Assembly: GCA_963713045.1 (NCBI GenBank)
Contig: CAVQKE010000001.1
Span: 160,001 to 224,000 of the forward strand
Length of the DNA: 64,000 nucleotides
Direction: 5' to 3'
DNA from: an uncultured delta proteobacterium
GTDB lineage: Bacteria; Myxococcota; Myxococcia; Myxococcales; Myxococcaceae
This document shows positions 38,796 through 48,066 of the stretch, piece after piece. Numbering within the stretch: position 1 is the stretch's first letter; each line of letters begins with the position of its first letter. The translations under genes and the position numbers were made by a program. The notes under the pieces are model-generated. The model worked only from the letters and a program-made list of their open reading frames with translations, had not been told where the DNA came from and did not search any database.

Positions 38796-40187
38796 TCAAC
38801 GGGCCAGCACCGTCTCTCGGCCCACCGTTGCCGTCACCCGGAAGCCAGCCGCTTGCAGCGCGTCCAATGCCCGCCCCTCGAAGGTAATGGCCCGGTTGAA
38901 GCGCCGGTCCGCCATGGCCTGGCGAAACGCAGGGTCGCGGGGCCAGTCGCACGTCAGCCACGCAATCGGCTTGCCGAGGTAAAAGAAGCCCCCGGCGCCC
39001 CACACCCCTTCATTCACGATGAGGAGGCCCGTCACTTCGGCTGGACGGGCAGCCCGCACCAGCGCACGGAATTCATCGCCGCGGGCGTCGACGGTGGTGG
39101 TTTGGCAGAGGAGGCTAGCGGCCAGCGCGAGTCCAGCCACCGCCAGGCCCACCGCCCGGGGCACGGCCTGCACCAGCCGTCCCAAGCTGGGCGCCGCTTC
39201 GAGGACGAGCAGCACCACCACGGGGTAGAGGAAGCGCTCTTCTTTGTGGGGCGTTGCCAACAGCGCCCCCAGCGCCACGCTGGCCATGGCCAAGGCCAGG
39301 CCCACCCGCGGCCGCCCGCTGGCCGGCCGCACCACCCCATATAGAAGGAGAGGCCACACCCACAGCGGGACGAAGCCCCACAGCAACGACAGGTAGAAGG
39401 CGCTTGGCTGGACGCCGAAGCTGCGCGCTGCGCCCCCGGACAGGACGTTGAAGTGCGTCCAGGCCACCAGGGAATGGAAGGGCGCGCCCCAGCTGAAGAA
39501 GTCCAACACCCCGAGGAGGACTGCGATGGCCGCCCCGCCAGCCACGCACCGGCCGAATTCGCGCCAGCGTCGGCGGACTGCGAGCCACGCCAAAGCGGCC
39601 AGGACGGCTGGAACCGAGCCATACCGGGCCACCACCGACAGGCCAAGCGCAATGCCCCCCCAGCCGGCGCGGACTTGTCCCGGTGGGCGGTCCAACGCGT
39701 CCACCGCCAGGACCAAGGTCGTGGCGGAGAGGGATTCGCTGAGTGTCCGGCCGGCGTAGGCCCACGCCATCGGCAAAAGCCCGACGGCCAACAGCGCTGT
39801 CCAGCCGGCCAAGCGCGACTGCCGACTTCCCAGCCGGAAGGCGGCCAACAGGGCAGCGGCATGCAGCAGCGCCAGCGGAAGGCCCACCAGGCCGCGCAGC
39901 GTCCAGGGGTCCTGCAGGGACAGCCACCCTGCGGCGCGGAAGAGCGCGGCCAGGCACAGGGGCACGGCCCAGTTGCGCAGGCCGGCGCGCCACTCCCAGG
40001 CCAAAACGCCGTAGCCGTGCACCTTATAGAAGGCCGGCTCGAGCGACTGGTACACCTCGTCCGGATGAAGCCGGCCCAGCTGGGCCACGGCCCAGACAGC
40101 CGGAAGGCCGCCCAGCGCCAGCGCGGCGAGCAGAGGCCCGCGCCCGCGGACAGGTGCCAACGCTCGGCGGGCAATCGAAGGAGACAA
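38796..40187 (-). CDS. GT22 (PIG-B/Alg9-like) polytopic mannosyltransferase
   Basis: HPDEVYQSLEPA, WEW..GLR, HKEERF; many TM segments; start uncertain. Confidence 0.8.
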   Translation of the reverse strand: MSPSIARRALAPVRGRGPLLAALALGGLPAVWAVAQLGRLHPDEVYQSLEPAFYKVHGYGVLAWEWRAGLRNWAVPLCLAALFRAAGWLSLQDPWTLRGLVGLPLALLHAAALLAAFRLGSRQSRLAGWTALLAVGLLPMAWAYAGRTLSESLSATTLVLAVDALDRPPGQVRAGWGGIALGLSVVARYGSVPAVLAALAWLAVRRRWREFGRCVAGGAAIAVLLGVLDFFSWGAPFHSLVAWTHFNVLSGGAARSFGVQPSAFYLSLLWGFVPLWVWPLLLYGVVRPASGRPRVGLALAMASVALGALLATPHKEERFLYPVVVLLVLEAAPSLGRLVQAVPRAVGLAVAGLALAASLLCQTTTVDARGDEFRALVRAARPAEVTGLLIVNEGVWGAGGFFYLGKPIAWLTCDWPRDPAFRQAMADRRFNRAITFEGRALDALQAAGFRVTATVGRETVLAR

Positions 40188-40256
40188 GACGGTGCTGAGC
40201 GGGACTCTAGCCTGGGCGGCCAGGACAGAAAGAGGCTGTTATGGTGGGCTGCGTCG

Positions 40257-41465
40257 ATGAGTTACCTCGTCCTGGCTCGCAAGTGGCGCCCTCAAAGCTT
40301 CGAGGACATGACGGGCCAGGAGCACGTCGTCCGGACCGTGGCCAATGCCATTGCCCAGGACCGGGTGGCGCACGCCTACCTGTTTTGTGGCCCACGCGGC
40401 GTGGGGAAAACCACCGCCGCCCGGCTACTGGCCAAGGCACTCAACTGCGTCACCGGGCCAACCGCGACGCCGTGCGGGAAGTGCGCGCCATGCATGGAGA
40501 TTGCGGCCGGCACCAGCGTCGACGTGGCGGAGATTGACGGCGCGTCCAACAACGGCGTGGAGAATGTCCGCGAGATTCGCGAGAACGCCAAGTACCTGCC
40601 GCAGCGGGACCGCAACAAAATCTACATCATCGACGAAGTGCACATGCTCTCCGGCGCGGCCTTCAACGCGCTGCTCAAGACGCTGGAGGAGCCCCCGCCC
40701 CACGTGAAGTTTATTTTTGCCACCACCGAGCCGCACAAGCTGCCGGACACCATTCTCTCCCGCTGTCAGCGCCACAACTTCCGGCGGATTCCGGCGGCGC
40801 GGATGCTGGAGCGGCTGAAGCACATTGCCCAGGCAGAAAAGGCAGCCCTCTCCGACGGCGCGCTGGCCCTCATCGTCCGCCAGGCCGAAGGGGGGATGCG
40901 CGATGCCCTCTCCCTTTTGGACCAGGTGCTGTCGGCGGTGGGGCCTGGTGCCTCCGACGAGGCGGTGGCCGAAGCGCTGGGGGCCATCGACCGCACGCTG
41001 GTCCAGGCCTTCGCCCAGGCGTTGGTGCATCGCGACGCCCCGGCCCTGTTGCGCCTCGTCGAGGACAGCCACGTCAAGGGCGTGGACTTGAAGCGGCTGG
41101 CCGAGGAGGTGGCGCTGCAACTCCGTCACGTCCTGGTGACGCTGGCCACCGGCGCGGCTCCGGCCGAGCTGCCCGACGCCGAGCAGCAGGCGGTGGGCCA
41201 GCTGGCGGCCGAGGCGGACGCAGCGCAGCTGGCGCGTTTGTTTGACGTGGTGCACGGCGCCGTGTGGGACGTGGGGCGGGCCGCGCAGCCGCGGCTGGCG
41301 CTGGAAATGGCCCTGTTGAAGGCCGTCCAGCTGGCCCCCGCTGCGTCCATTCCGGAGTTGATTGCCCGGGTGGAAAAACTGGCCAACGCCGGAGGCCTGG
41401 AGCCTGCGCGCAAGCCCCAAGGAGCGCCTGGAGGTCGCTCCGCTCCGGCACCCTTTCGCGCCTAG
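40257..41465 (+). CDS. dnaX: DNA polymerase III gamma/tau, domains I-III (402 aa)
   Basis: MSYLVLARKWRPQ, GPRGVGKT, Zn Cys cluster, DEVH, SRC, GGMRDA. Confidence 0.96.
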   Translation: MSYLVLARKWRPQSFEDMTGQEHVVRTVANAIAQDRVAHAYLFCGPRGVGKTTAARLLAKALNCVTGPTATPCGKCAPCMEIAAGTSVDVAEIDGASNNGVENVREIRENAKYLPQRDRNKIYIIDEVHMLSGAAFNALLKTLEEPPPHVKFIFATTEPHKLPDTILSRCQRHNFRRIPAARMLERLKHIAQAEKAALSDGALALIVRQAEGGMRDALSLLDQVLSAVGPGASDEAVAEALGAIDRTLVQAFAQALVHRDAPALLRLVEDSHVKGVDLKRLAEEVALQLRHVLVTLATGAAPAELPDAEQQAVGQLAAEADAAQLARLFDVVHGAVWDVGRAAQPRLALEMALLKAVQLAPAASIPELIARVEKLANAGGLEPARKPQGAPGGRSAPAPFRA

Positions 41466-42177
41466 CCCCGCAGCACCGCTGCGCCCAGCGCCCGCCACCT
41501 CTCCTCCGCAGCGCGCGGCCGCACCCGTCCAACCGCCGCCTGCCACCGGCAGGCCGACGCCTTCGCCTGAAGCGGTGCCGTTGCCCAAAGCCTCCCCTCC
41601 CGCCGCTACTGCCGAAGCCGGGGCTGGCGAGCCCCGCCTCTTCTCCGAGGAGGCCCCACCGGCTGGGTGTGCTTCAGGGGAGTGCCTTCCCGACGCCGCG
41701 CCGTCCGCGCCCGTTTCCTCTCCCGCCACCGAAGAAGCCCAGTGGAGGGCGGCGGTGGAGGCGGTGCGGGCCACCTCGCCACGCCACGCGGCCTCGCTTG
41801 CCCAAGGGCGCCTGCTGGCGCTGCGGGCCGATGAAGTGGTGCTGGCCTACCGCCCCGAGGCCAGCTTCCACCGCACCACCGTCACCGGGCAAAGCGGACG
41901 GGTGGCGGTGGAACGGCTGTTGAGTCAGCACTTCGGGCGGCCGACGCGCATCCGCTTGGACGACGCGGCAGCGGCCACCGCGCCCAAAAGCCTAGCCGAG
42001 CAAGAGGCCGAGGCCCGTGCCGCCCGGGAATTGGCCACCGGCCAGACGGTGCGCGGTCACCCTGCCATTCGCGCGGCGCTGAGAATTCTCGGCGGCGAGC
42101 TGGAGCACATCCAGGTGCTGGAGCGCGAGCGCACCGGCGCGCCGGGGTCCGACGTCGTTGACGAGCCGCCGGGCTGA
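41458..42177 (+). CDS. dnaX: DnaX tau-specific linker and C-terminal domain in the +1 frame (frame open from 41362)
   Basis: Pro/Ala linker, then W..AV..V and HPAIRAALRILGGEL resembling the tau C-terminus; fills the dnaX-ybaB gap; no convincing start of its own. Confidence 0.7.
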   Translation, partial: APSPAAPLRPAPATSPPQRAAAPVQPPPATGRPTPSPEAVPLPKASPPAATAEAGAGEPRLFSEEAPPAGCASGECLPDAAPSAPVSSPATEEAQWRAAVEAVRATSPRHAASLAQGRLLALRADEVVLAYRPEASFHRTTVTGQSGRVAVERLLSQHFGRPTRIRLDDAAAATAPKSLAEQEAEARAARELATGQTVRGHPAIRAALRILGGELEHIQVLERERTGAPGSDVVDEPPG

Positions 42178-42213
42178 CATCCCGCCGCCCACCCCTTTTT
42201 GACGGAGAGAGAC

Positions 42214-42534
42214 ATGCCGGGAGTCGACTTAAATTACTTCATGCGCCAGGCCGCCAAGCTGACGGAGAAGATTGAGGCGCGGAAGAAGGAGCTGGCCGAG
42301 GAGACGCTGCAGGCACAGGCCGGGGACGGCCGAGTGGTGGTGGTGGTCAGTGGCCTTCAGGAGGTGCGCAGCATCACCCTCTCCAAGGAGGTGGTGGACC
42401 CGGCCGAGGTGGGGCTGTTGGAGGATTTGGTGACGGCGGCAGTGAATGCCGCGCTCGCCGCCAGCCGGACCCACATGCAAACGGAATTGGCCAAAGTGAG
42501 CGGCGGCGTCAGCCTGCCGGGGCTGGTCCCGTGA
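42214..42534 (+). CDS. ybaB: YbaB/EbfC nucleoid-associated protein
   Basis: AGDGRV, LEDLVTAAVNAA; dnaX-ybaB-recR synteny. Confidence 0.92.
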   Translation: MPGVDLNYFMRQAAKLTEKIEARKKELAEETLQAQAGDGRVVVVVSGLQEVRSITLSKEVVDPAEVGLLEDLVTAAVNAALAASRTHMQTELAKVSGGVSLPGLVP

Positions 42535-43124
42535 CGCCGGACCCCCTGAACCGGCTGGTGGCCGCCCTGGCCAAGCTGCCAGGCATCGGCGAGAAAACGG
42601 CGCAACGGCTGGCCTTCCACATTCTCCGCGCCCCGCCCGAGCTGGCCGCCGAGTTGGGTCAAGCGCTGGCCGAGGTGAAGACGAAAGTTCGGCTGTGCGT
42701 GCGCTGCTTTGCCCTGACGGAGGCCGAGCTGTGCCGCTTCTGCACCGACAGCCGGCGCGAAGAGCGTGTGCTGTGCGTGGTGGAGGGCATTGCGGATTTG
42801 ATGGCGGTCGAGCGGACACGAGAATTCAAGGGCCGTTACCACGTGCTGCACGGCGTCCTTTCCCCGCTGGACGGCACCGGGCCGGACCAGCTGCGTATCC
42901 GCGAGCTGCTGCAGCGGCTGGAGGACGGCACGGTGGAGGAGTTGATTGTGGCCACCAACCCGGATGTGGAGGGCGAGGCCACTGCCCTGTACCTGCAGCG
43001 GCTGCTGAAACCCACCGGCATCCGCCTGACGCGGCTGGCGCAGGGACTCCCGATGGGCGGGGACCTCGAATTCGCAGACCAGGCCACGCTGGCCCGCGCC
43101 CTGGCCGGCCGCCGGGAGCTTTAA
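42531..43124 (+). CDS. recR: Recombination protein RecR
   Basis: LPGIGEKTAQRL, C4 Zn finger, YHVLHG.LSP, EGEAT. Confidence 0.97.
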   Translation: MTPDPLNRLVAALAKLPGIGEKTAQRLAFHILRAPPELAAELGQALAEVKTKVRLCVRCFALTEAELCRFCTDSRREERVLCVVEGIADLMAVERTREFKGRYHVLHGVLSPLDGTGPDQLRIRELLQRLEDGTVEELIVATNPDVEGEATALYLQRLLKPTGIRLTRLAQGLPMGGDLEFADQATLARALAGRREL

Positions 43125-43135
43125 ACCGGGGCCCT

Positions 43136-44701
43136 TCAGCTGGGCAACGTCACCCCAAGGTCGAGCAGCACGCGCATCGCCGCGTTGTGGCCGGCGGCGC
43201 CGACGACACTGCCCGCCGGGTGGCAGCCGGCGCTGGCGGCGTAGAGGCCTCCCACCGGGGTGCGGTAAGCCACTCGGTCGGTAAAGCCGAAGGCGTTGTC
43301 CACGTGGTGAATGTGGCCGCGGGTAATGCCGAAGTGCTTCTCAATTTTCTCCGGGTGCAGGGCGAAGGTGTCCACCACCAAGTCACTTGTCCCAGGGGCG
43401 AAGCGGTCACACAGCGAGAGGAGGTGGCGGACGTAGCGCTCCTCTTGCGCTTCCCATGTCGTCCCGGACAACCGGTAGGGGACCCACTGGACGAAGAGGG
43501 CGGCGTTGTGGTGGCCCTGGGCGTCCCGCAGCGTCGGGTCGACGGTGGTGTGGACGTACCACTCGATGGTGGGAAAGTCTGGCAGCCGTCCCGCGGCCAC
43601 GTCCGCGAAGCTGGCGCGCAGCGAGGCCATGACTTCGCCCTCGTCCGGCAACAGGTGCATGGTGCTGCCGAATTGGCCCTTGTCCTCGGGGAGGCAGCTG
43701 AAGCGGGGCAGGCCGCGCAGGGCGAGGTTGACTTTGAGGGTGGTGCCGTCCTTGCGCAGCCCGTCCAGCTTCCGGTTGAAGGCCTCGCCCAGGCTCTCCG
43801 CGCCGACCAACTCCCGCATTCGGAAGACGTCGGCCCCCACCACCACGCAGCCTGTCCGGAAGGTGCGGCCGTCGGCCAGCGCGACGCCACAGACGCTGCC
43901 TCCTCTGGTTTCCACCCGCGCCACTTTGGCCGACGTCTCGAAGCGCGCGCCGGCAGCACGGCCCAACGCAGCCAGCCCCTGCGTCACGCTGCCCATCCCC
44001 CCTTGGACAATCATCCACGTGCCACCGCTGCCGGGGAGACGGCACATGTTGTGGACCAGGAAATTCATCCCCGTCCCAGGGGTATCCCAGGTGCCGTTGA
44101 GGCCACTGAAGCCGTCGGTGACGGCGTACATCGCCCGAAGCAAGTCGCTCTTGAAGCCGAAGCGGTCGAGGTACTGCCCCACCGGCTTTCGGCACAGGCC
44201 GAGGAAGGTGTCCCGTAGCTCCGGGCGGACATACCGCTCGGCCGTCTCCTCGAGACTGTCGGGTTCCTGGAGCCAGCTTGGGGCGACGTCGTCCCGCAGC
44301 TGTCCAATCTCCTGTTGAAGTCGCTCGTTGGCCGCCCAGTCCGCCTTGGAGAAGAAGGCCTCGAATTGGGCCTGCATCGCCGCCCGGTCGCTGCCAAAGA
44401 GGAGGTAGCGCTGCCCAGTGGTGGGAAGAAAGTAGTGCGGGTCCCGGCGCAAAAGGGTCAGCTTCAGCCCCAGCTTGGCCATCAGCTCAGGCGGCATCAC
44501 CCCAAGGAGGTAGGCGCCGGTGGAGGTGCCAAGGTGGGGCGCTTTTCGGAAGGGGTGCTCCGTCTTCGCGGCCCCGCCCACCTCCGGCTTTTCCTCGAGC
44601 ACGAGGACGCGCAGCCCGGCCCGGGCCAGCAGCGTCGCCGCGACCAGCCCGTTGTGGCCCGCGCCCACCACCACCACGTCTGTGACAGCCGTCTGGGACA
44701 T
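43136..44701 (-). CDS. Phytoene dehydrogenase-like FAD oxidoreductase (PYROXD2-like)
   Basis: GAGHNGL, GGMGSV, YRTPV.GLY, HPAGSV.GAAGHNAA. Confidence 0.85.
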   Translation of the reverse strand: MSQTAVTDVVVVGAGHNGLVAATLLARAGLRVLVLEEKPEVGGAAKTEHPFRKAPHLGTSTGAYLLGVMPPELMAKLGLKLTLLRRDPHYFLPTTGQRYLLFGSDRAAMQAQFEAFFSKADWAANERLQQEIGQLRDDVAPSWLQEPDSLEETAERYVRPELRDTFLGLCRKPVGQYLDRFGFKSDLLRAMYAVTDGFSGLNGTWDTPGTGMNFLVHNMCRLPGSGGTWMIVQGGMGSVTQGLAALGRAAGARFETSAKVARVETRGGSVCGVALADGRTFRTGCVVVGADVFRMRELVGAESLGEAFNRKLDGLRKDGTTLKVNLALRGLPRFSCLPEDKGQFGSTMHLLPDEGEVMASLRASFADVAAGRLPDFPTIEWYVHTTVDPTLRDAQGHHNAALFVQWVPYRLSGTTWEAQEERYVRHLLSLCDRFAPGTSDLVVDTFALHPEKIEKHFGITRGHIHHVDNAFGFTDRVAYRTPVGGLYAASAGCHPAGSVVGAAGHNAAMRVLLDLGVTLPS

Positions 44702-44808
44702 GCCTTGGGGGGACCTTGCGCGCGACAAAGCTAGCTCAAGCAGTGACGCCAATGGTGCGGGGCCACGTCGCCAGCCCCGCTTGGGTGGCTATGCGCGGGC
44801 CGACGGCG

Positions 44809-46767
44809 CTAAGGGACCGCTGCCGAGGTTGGCGCGCGCAGCTTTTCCTCAAGGAAGAGGCTCAGCGTGGTGGCGAGCAGCGCACGGGCCTCTTCGCCAT
44901 TCAGTGCCGGGCCTTCGTCCACGGCCAACAGGTACCAGTCCGCGCGCCCCCGGGTGTGAATGAGTTGCTGGGCCTGGGTGGCGGGGAGGCGGGCATCCTG
45001 CTTGGCTTGCACCAGGAGGAGTGAGGCCGGCATGCGCTCCACAGCCGCCAATGGGGAGAGGCGCTCCAGCACTGCGCGCACCTCCGGCCGACGCTCGTCG
45101 CCGTATTCGGCCCGGAGGGCTTCGCGCCGGTAGGGCGGCGCAGTTTCTACAAAGGAGGACAGCTGCCAAGGGCCCCCTTCGTCCGCCACCGCGCGGAAGG
45201 CCGTCGGGTACAAGGCAGCGGCGGTGAGGGCCAGGTAGCCGCCATAGCCGTGGCCCCAGGCCGCCAGGCGCGAGGCGTCGACGCCCGGCTGTCGGGCCAG
45301 CATGGCCAGCGTGGCCGGAATGTCCTGCAGCAGCGTCAGCTCGCGAAGGACGCCGTCATCCAGCGCACCGAAGGCCTTGCCAAAGCCGGTCGAGCCCCGC
45401 AGGTTGGGGGCCAGCACGGCCAGTCCGTGCTCCAACAGCAATTGGTAATCCCAGCGGAAGACGGGGCGCTCTTGGGCACTAGGGCCGTCGTGCAACGCCA
45501 GCACCACCGGCACTTGGGTGCCCACCGGGACCTCGCTGGGCAGGTAGAGGAAGGCCGAGAGGGAAAGGCCGTCCTTGGTCACGTACCGCACAAGCTTCGG
45601 CGCCACCAACCGGCGCGTGTCGACTCCCCCCACCTCACTCTTCGTCCAGCGAACAAGCTTCCTCGTCTTCAAGGAGAAGGCCCAGACGTCGGCCGGCGAG
45701 GTGGGGCTCTCCAGCGAGAAGAAGAGGACCTCCCCTTTGCCCGGGGCAAACCGCAGGTCGTGCAGCACGCCCTCCGGAAGCGGCAGCGCTTCGGCCCGTC
45801 GGCCGCGGACAAGGTAGGCGCGAGAATAGCCGGCCTCATTGGTGGAGAAGACGAGCGTCCCGTCCGTCGACACCGCCACCTCCTCCACTTCGGCGGGGAC
45901 GTCCGCCACCACCGCCTCCGGCACGGCCTGCGGTGGGTCGAGGGGCAAACGCCGCAGGGTGGTGAAGTCCGTGCCGTCCAACAGCAGGTACACCGCCCTG
46001 CCGTCGGCGCTGAACCGGGCCGCGCGTACACCGGCTCTCGACCCCTCGGGCCCGGTCACCAGCAGGCGGCGGGCCCCGCGGGCAATGTCCAACAGCCACA
46101 GTCGGCCGGCTTCGCCGTCCGGTCCCTCGGCAACCAGCAGCTGGCTTCCGTCCGGAGAAAACTCGAGCGGTAGCCAGCGCCCCTGGAGCGCCGTGAGGCG
46201 CCGTGCCGCGTGGGCGTCTGCCACTTCTGCCAAGTAGACGTCGCTGTCCAGCCCAGTGCGTCGGGTGCTGCTGTAGGCAAGCCACCGCCCGTCCGGGGAG
46301 AGAACAAACGTCTCGTGGTGGCTGGTGCCGTCGGTGAGGAGCTCGGTCCGCCCGGTGCGCAAGTCCAGCCGGAAGAGCTGCAACGCACCGCCTTTGCGGG
46401 CCCCCTCTTGGAGGAAGAGGAGTGTGGAGGAGTCGCCCGGGAGGAAGGCCGCTCGGCCGACGGGTGCCTCAAAAAAGGTGAGCTGCTCACGCATGCCCAG
46501 CGGCTGGGAAAGCCGGTGCAGCTGAGGGCTGGAGCCGAACTGCGTGGCCACCAGCACCAGGCGACCGCCCTCCGACACGTCGCGAAGGGCGGCCGAGCGC
46601 GCTTGCGCATATTGGAGCACACGCGCCGAAAGCGCCGGGGGGAGGGGCGGAAGGTTGGCGCCCAGAAAGCCGGCGTGCCCTGGGACCGCCTCCAGCACCA
46701 GTGCGTCCCGGAGGGGCGGCATCCCTTGGGCCAGCACCAGTGCGAGGACTGTCCACAGCTTTGCCAA
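44809..46767 (-). CDS. Secreted S9C peptidase homolog, catalytic Ser and His apparently absent
   Basis: TolB-like propeller repeats, PNLRGSTGFGK; GHGYGG replaces GxSYGG and DEGP replaces DEGH. Confidence 0.8.
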   Translation of the reverse strand: MAKLWTVLALVLAQGMPPLRDALVLEAVPGHAGFLGANLPPLPPALSARVLQYAQARSAALRDVSEGGRLVLVATQFGSSPQLHRLSQPLGMREQLTFFEAPVGRAAFLPGDSSTLLFLQEGARKGGALQLFRLDLRTGRTELLTDGTSHHETFVLSPDGRWLAYSSTRRTGLDSDVYLAEVADAHAARRLTALQGRWLPLEFSPDGSQLLVAEGPDGEAGRLWLLDIARGARRLLVTGPEGSRAGVRAARFSADGRAVYLLLDGTDFTTLRRLPLDPPQAVPEAVVADVPAEVEEVAVSTDGTLVFSTNEAGYSRAYLVRGRRAEALPLPEGVLHDLRFAPGKGEVLFFSLESPTSPADVWAFSLKTRKLVRWTKSEVGGVDTRRLVAPKLVRYVTKDGLSLSAFLYLPSEVPVGTQVPVVLALHDGPSAQERPVFRWDYQLLLEHGLAVLAPNLRGSTGFGKAFGALDDGVLRELTLLQDIPATLAMLARQPGVDASRLAAWGHGYGGYLALTAAALYPTAFRAVADEGGPWQLSSFVETAPPYRREALRAEYGDERRPEVRAVLERLSPLAAVERMPASLLLVQAKQDARLPATQAQQLIHTRGRADWYLLAVDEGPALNGEEARALLATTLSLFLEEKLRAPTSAAVP

Positions 46768-46898
46768 AAGAGGACTCCTGGAACCGGACGGCCGTGTGTG
46801 GTTAAGTCTCTAACCCTCCGAGTTCACTCCGAAAACCAGGGCAGCGCGGAGCGACCCAGCAGGACGCGATCGACAGCGAAGGGGACTGGTTCACGTCA

Positions 46899-47381
46899 AT
46901 GGGCACGCAACTGGTGATGTATGACGAGGAGTACAATCGCATCAACGCCGTCTGTGACCGACTCACCAAGGACGCCAACGCCAAAGTCGTCTTCTTGGTG
47001 GACAAGAATGGGCAGCTCATTTCCGCCTCCGGCCAAACCCAAAACATCGACACCACCTCGCTCGCCTCGCTCACGGCCGGCAACGTCGCCGCCATGGGGG
47101 GGTTGGCCAAGCTGATTGGGGAGAACGAATTTCCCAACCAAATTCATGAAGGAGCGCACGAGTCGCTCTACATGACGATTGTCGGCAGCCGGGTGGTTCT
47201 GGTGGTCATCTTCGAGACAAGCACCTCGCTCGGGCTGGTCCGACTCCGGGTGAAAAAGGCCTCTGATGAACTGGCGAGAATCTTCGAGGCGCTGCTCAAG
47301 AAGACCGAGAGCCCCGGAGGAATGGGGTCGCCCTTCGCCGAAATCTCCGACGACGACATCGACAACCTGTTCAGCGAGTAA
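46899..47381 (+). CDS. mglB: Roadblock-domain GTPase-activating protein MglB
   Basis: MGTQLVMY, SLASLTAGNVAAMGGLA, SLGLVRLR, acidic tail DDDIDNLFSE. Confidence 0.97.
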   Translation: MGTQLVMYDEEYNRINAVCDRLTKDANAKVVFLVDKNGQLISASGQTQNIDTTSLASLTAGNVAAMGGLAKLIGENEFPNQIHEGAHESLYMTIVGSRVVLVVIFETSTSLGLVRLRVKKASDELARIFEALLKKTESPGGMGSPFAEISDDDIDNLFSE

Positions 47382-47395
47382 CCTGAAAAAAGACA

Positions 47396-47983
47396 ATGTC
47401 CTTCATCAACTACTCATCCCGCGAGATTAACTGCAAGATTGTCTATTACGGACCGGGACTCTGCGGGAAGACCACCAACCTGCAGTACATCTACAACAAG
47501 ACCAATCCTGAGACGAAGGGCAAGCTCATCTCGCTGTCCACCGAGACCGACCGCACCTTGTTTTTCGACTTCCTCCCCCTCTCACTGGGAGAGATTCGCG
47601 GCTTCAAGACGCGCTTTCACCTCTACACCGTCCCCGGCCAAGTCTTCTACGACGCCAGCCGCAAGCTCATCCTCAAGGGGGTCGACGGAGTTGTCTTCGT
47701 GGCCGACAGCCAGGTCGAACGGATGGAGGCCAACATGGAATCCTACGAAAACCTCAAGACCAACCTCGCCGAGCAGGGGTACGACCTGGCGAAGGTCCCC
47801 TCGGTGGTGCAGTACAACAAGCGAGACTTGCCCAACGCCGTGCCGGTGGAGGAACTGCGCGGCGTCCTCAATGCCAAGGGGGTGCCGGAATACCAGGCCG
47901 TCGCGCCCACCGGTGTCGGTGTGTTTGATACATTAAAAGCAGTGGCGAAATTGGTGCTGACGGAGTTGAAAAAGGGCGGCTGA
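47396..47983 (+). CDS. mglA: Ras-like motility GTPase MglA
   Basis: [24 protein letters not shown]. Confidence 0.98.
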   Translation: MSFINYSSREINCKIVYYGPGLCGKTTNLQYIYNKTNPETKGKLISLSTETDRTLFFDFLPLSLGEIRGFKTRFHLYTVPGQVFYDASRKLILKGVDGVVFVADSQVERMEANMESYENLKTNLAEQGYDLAKVPSVVQYNKRDLPNAVPVEELRGVLNAKGVPEYQAVAPTGVGVFDTLKAVAKLVLTELKKGG

Positions 47984-48066
47984 GCTGGATCGGCGAGCAC
48001 TGCTGTCCCTCGTGATATGTCTCGCCCACGTTCCCCTTCGGGGCAGCGCTCCACAGGAGCCATTCC

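Noticed and set aside
39453..40256. N-terminal extension of the dnaX ORF in the track (670 aa)
   Set aside because: Antisense to the mannosyltransferase; the canonical MSY.VLARKWRP start is at 40257.
37468..40256. Integrative element at tRNA-Ser/ffs carrying chrA and GT22
   Set aside because: No integrase, no duplicated tRNA 3' end seen, and composition matches the host.
41372..41379. G GAA AAA C as an E. coli-type -1 slippery site in dnaX
   Set aside because: Does not fit X XXY YYZ, the A-run is only 5 nt, and the needed frame is +1.
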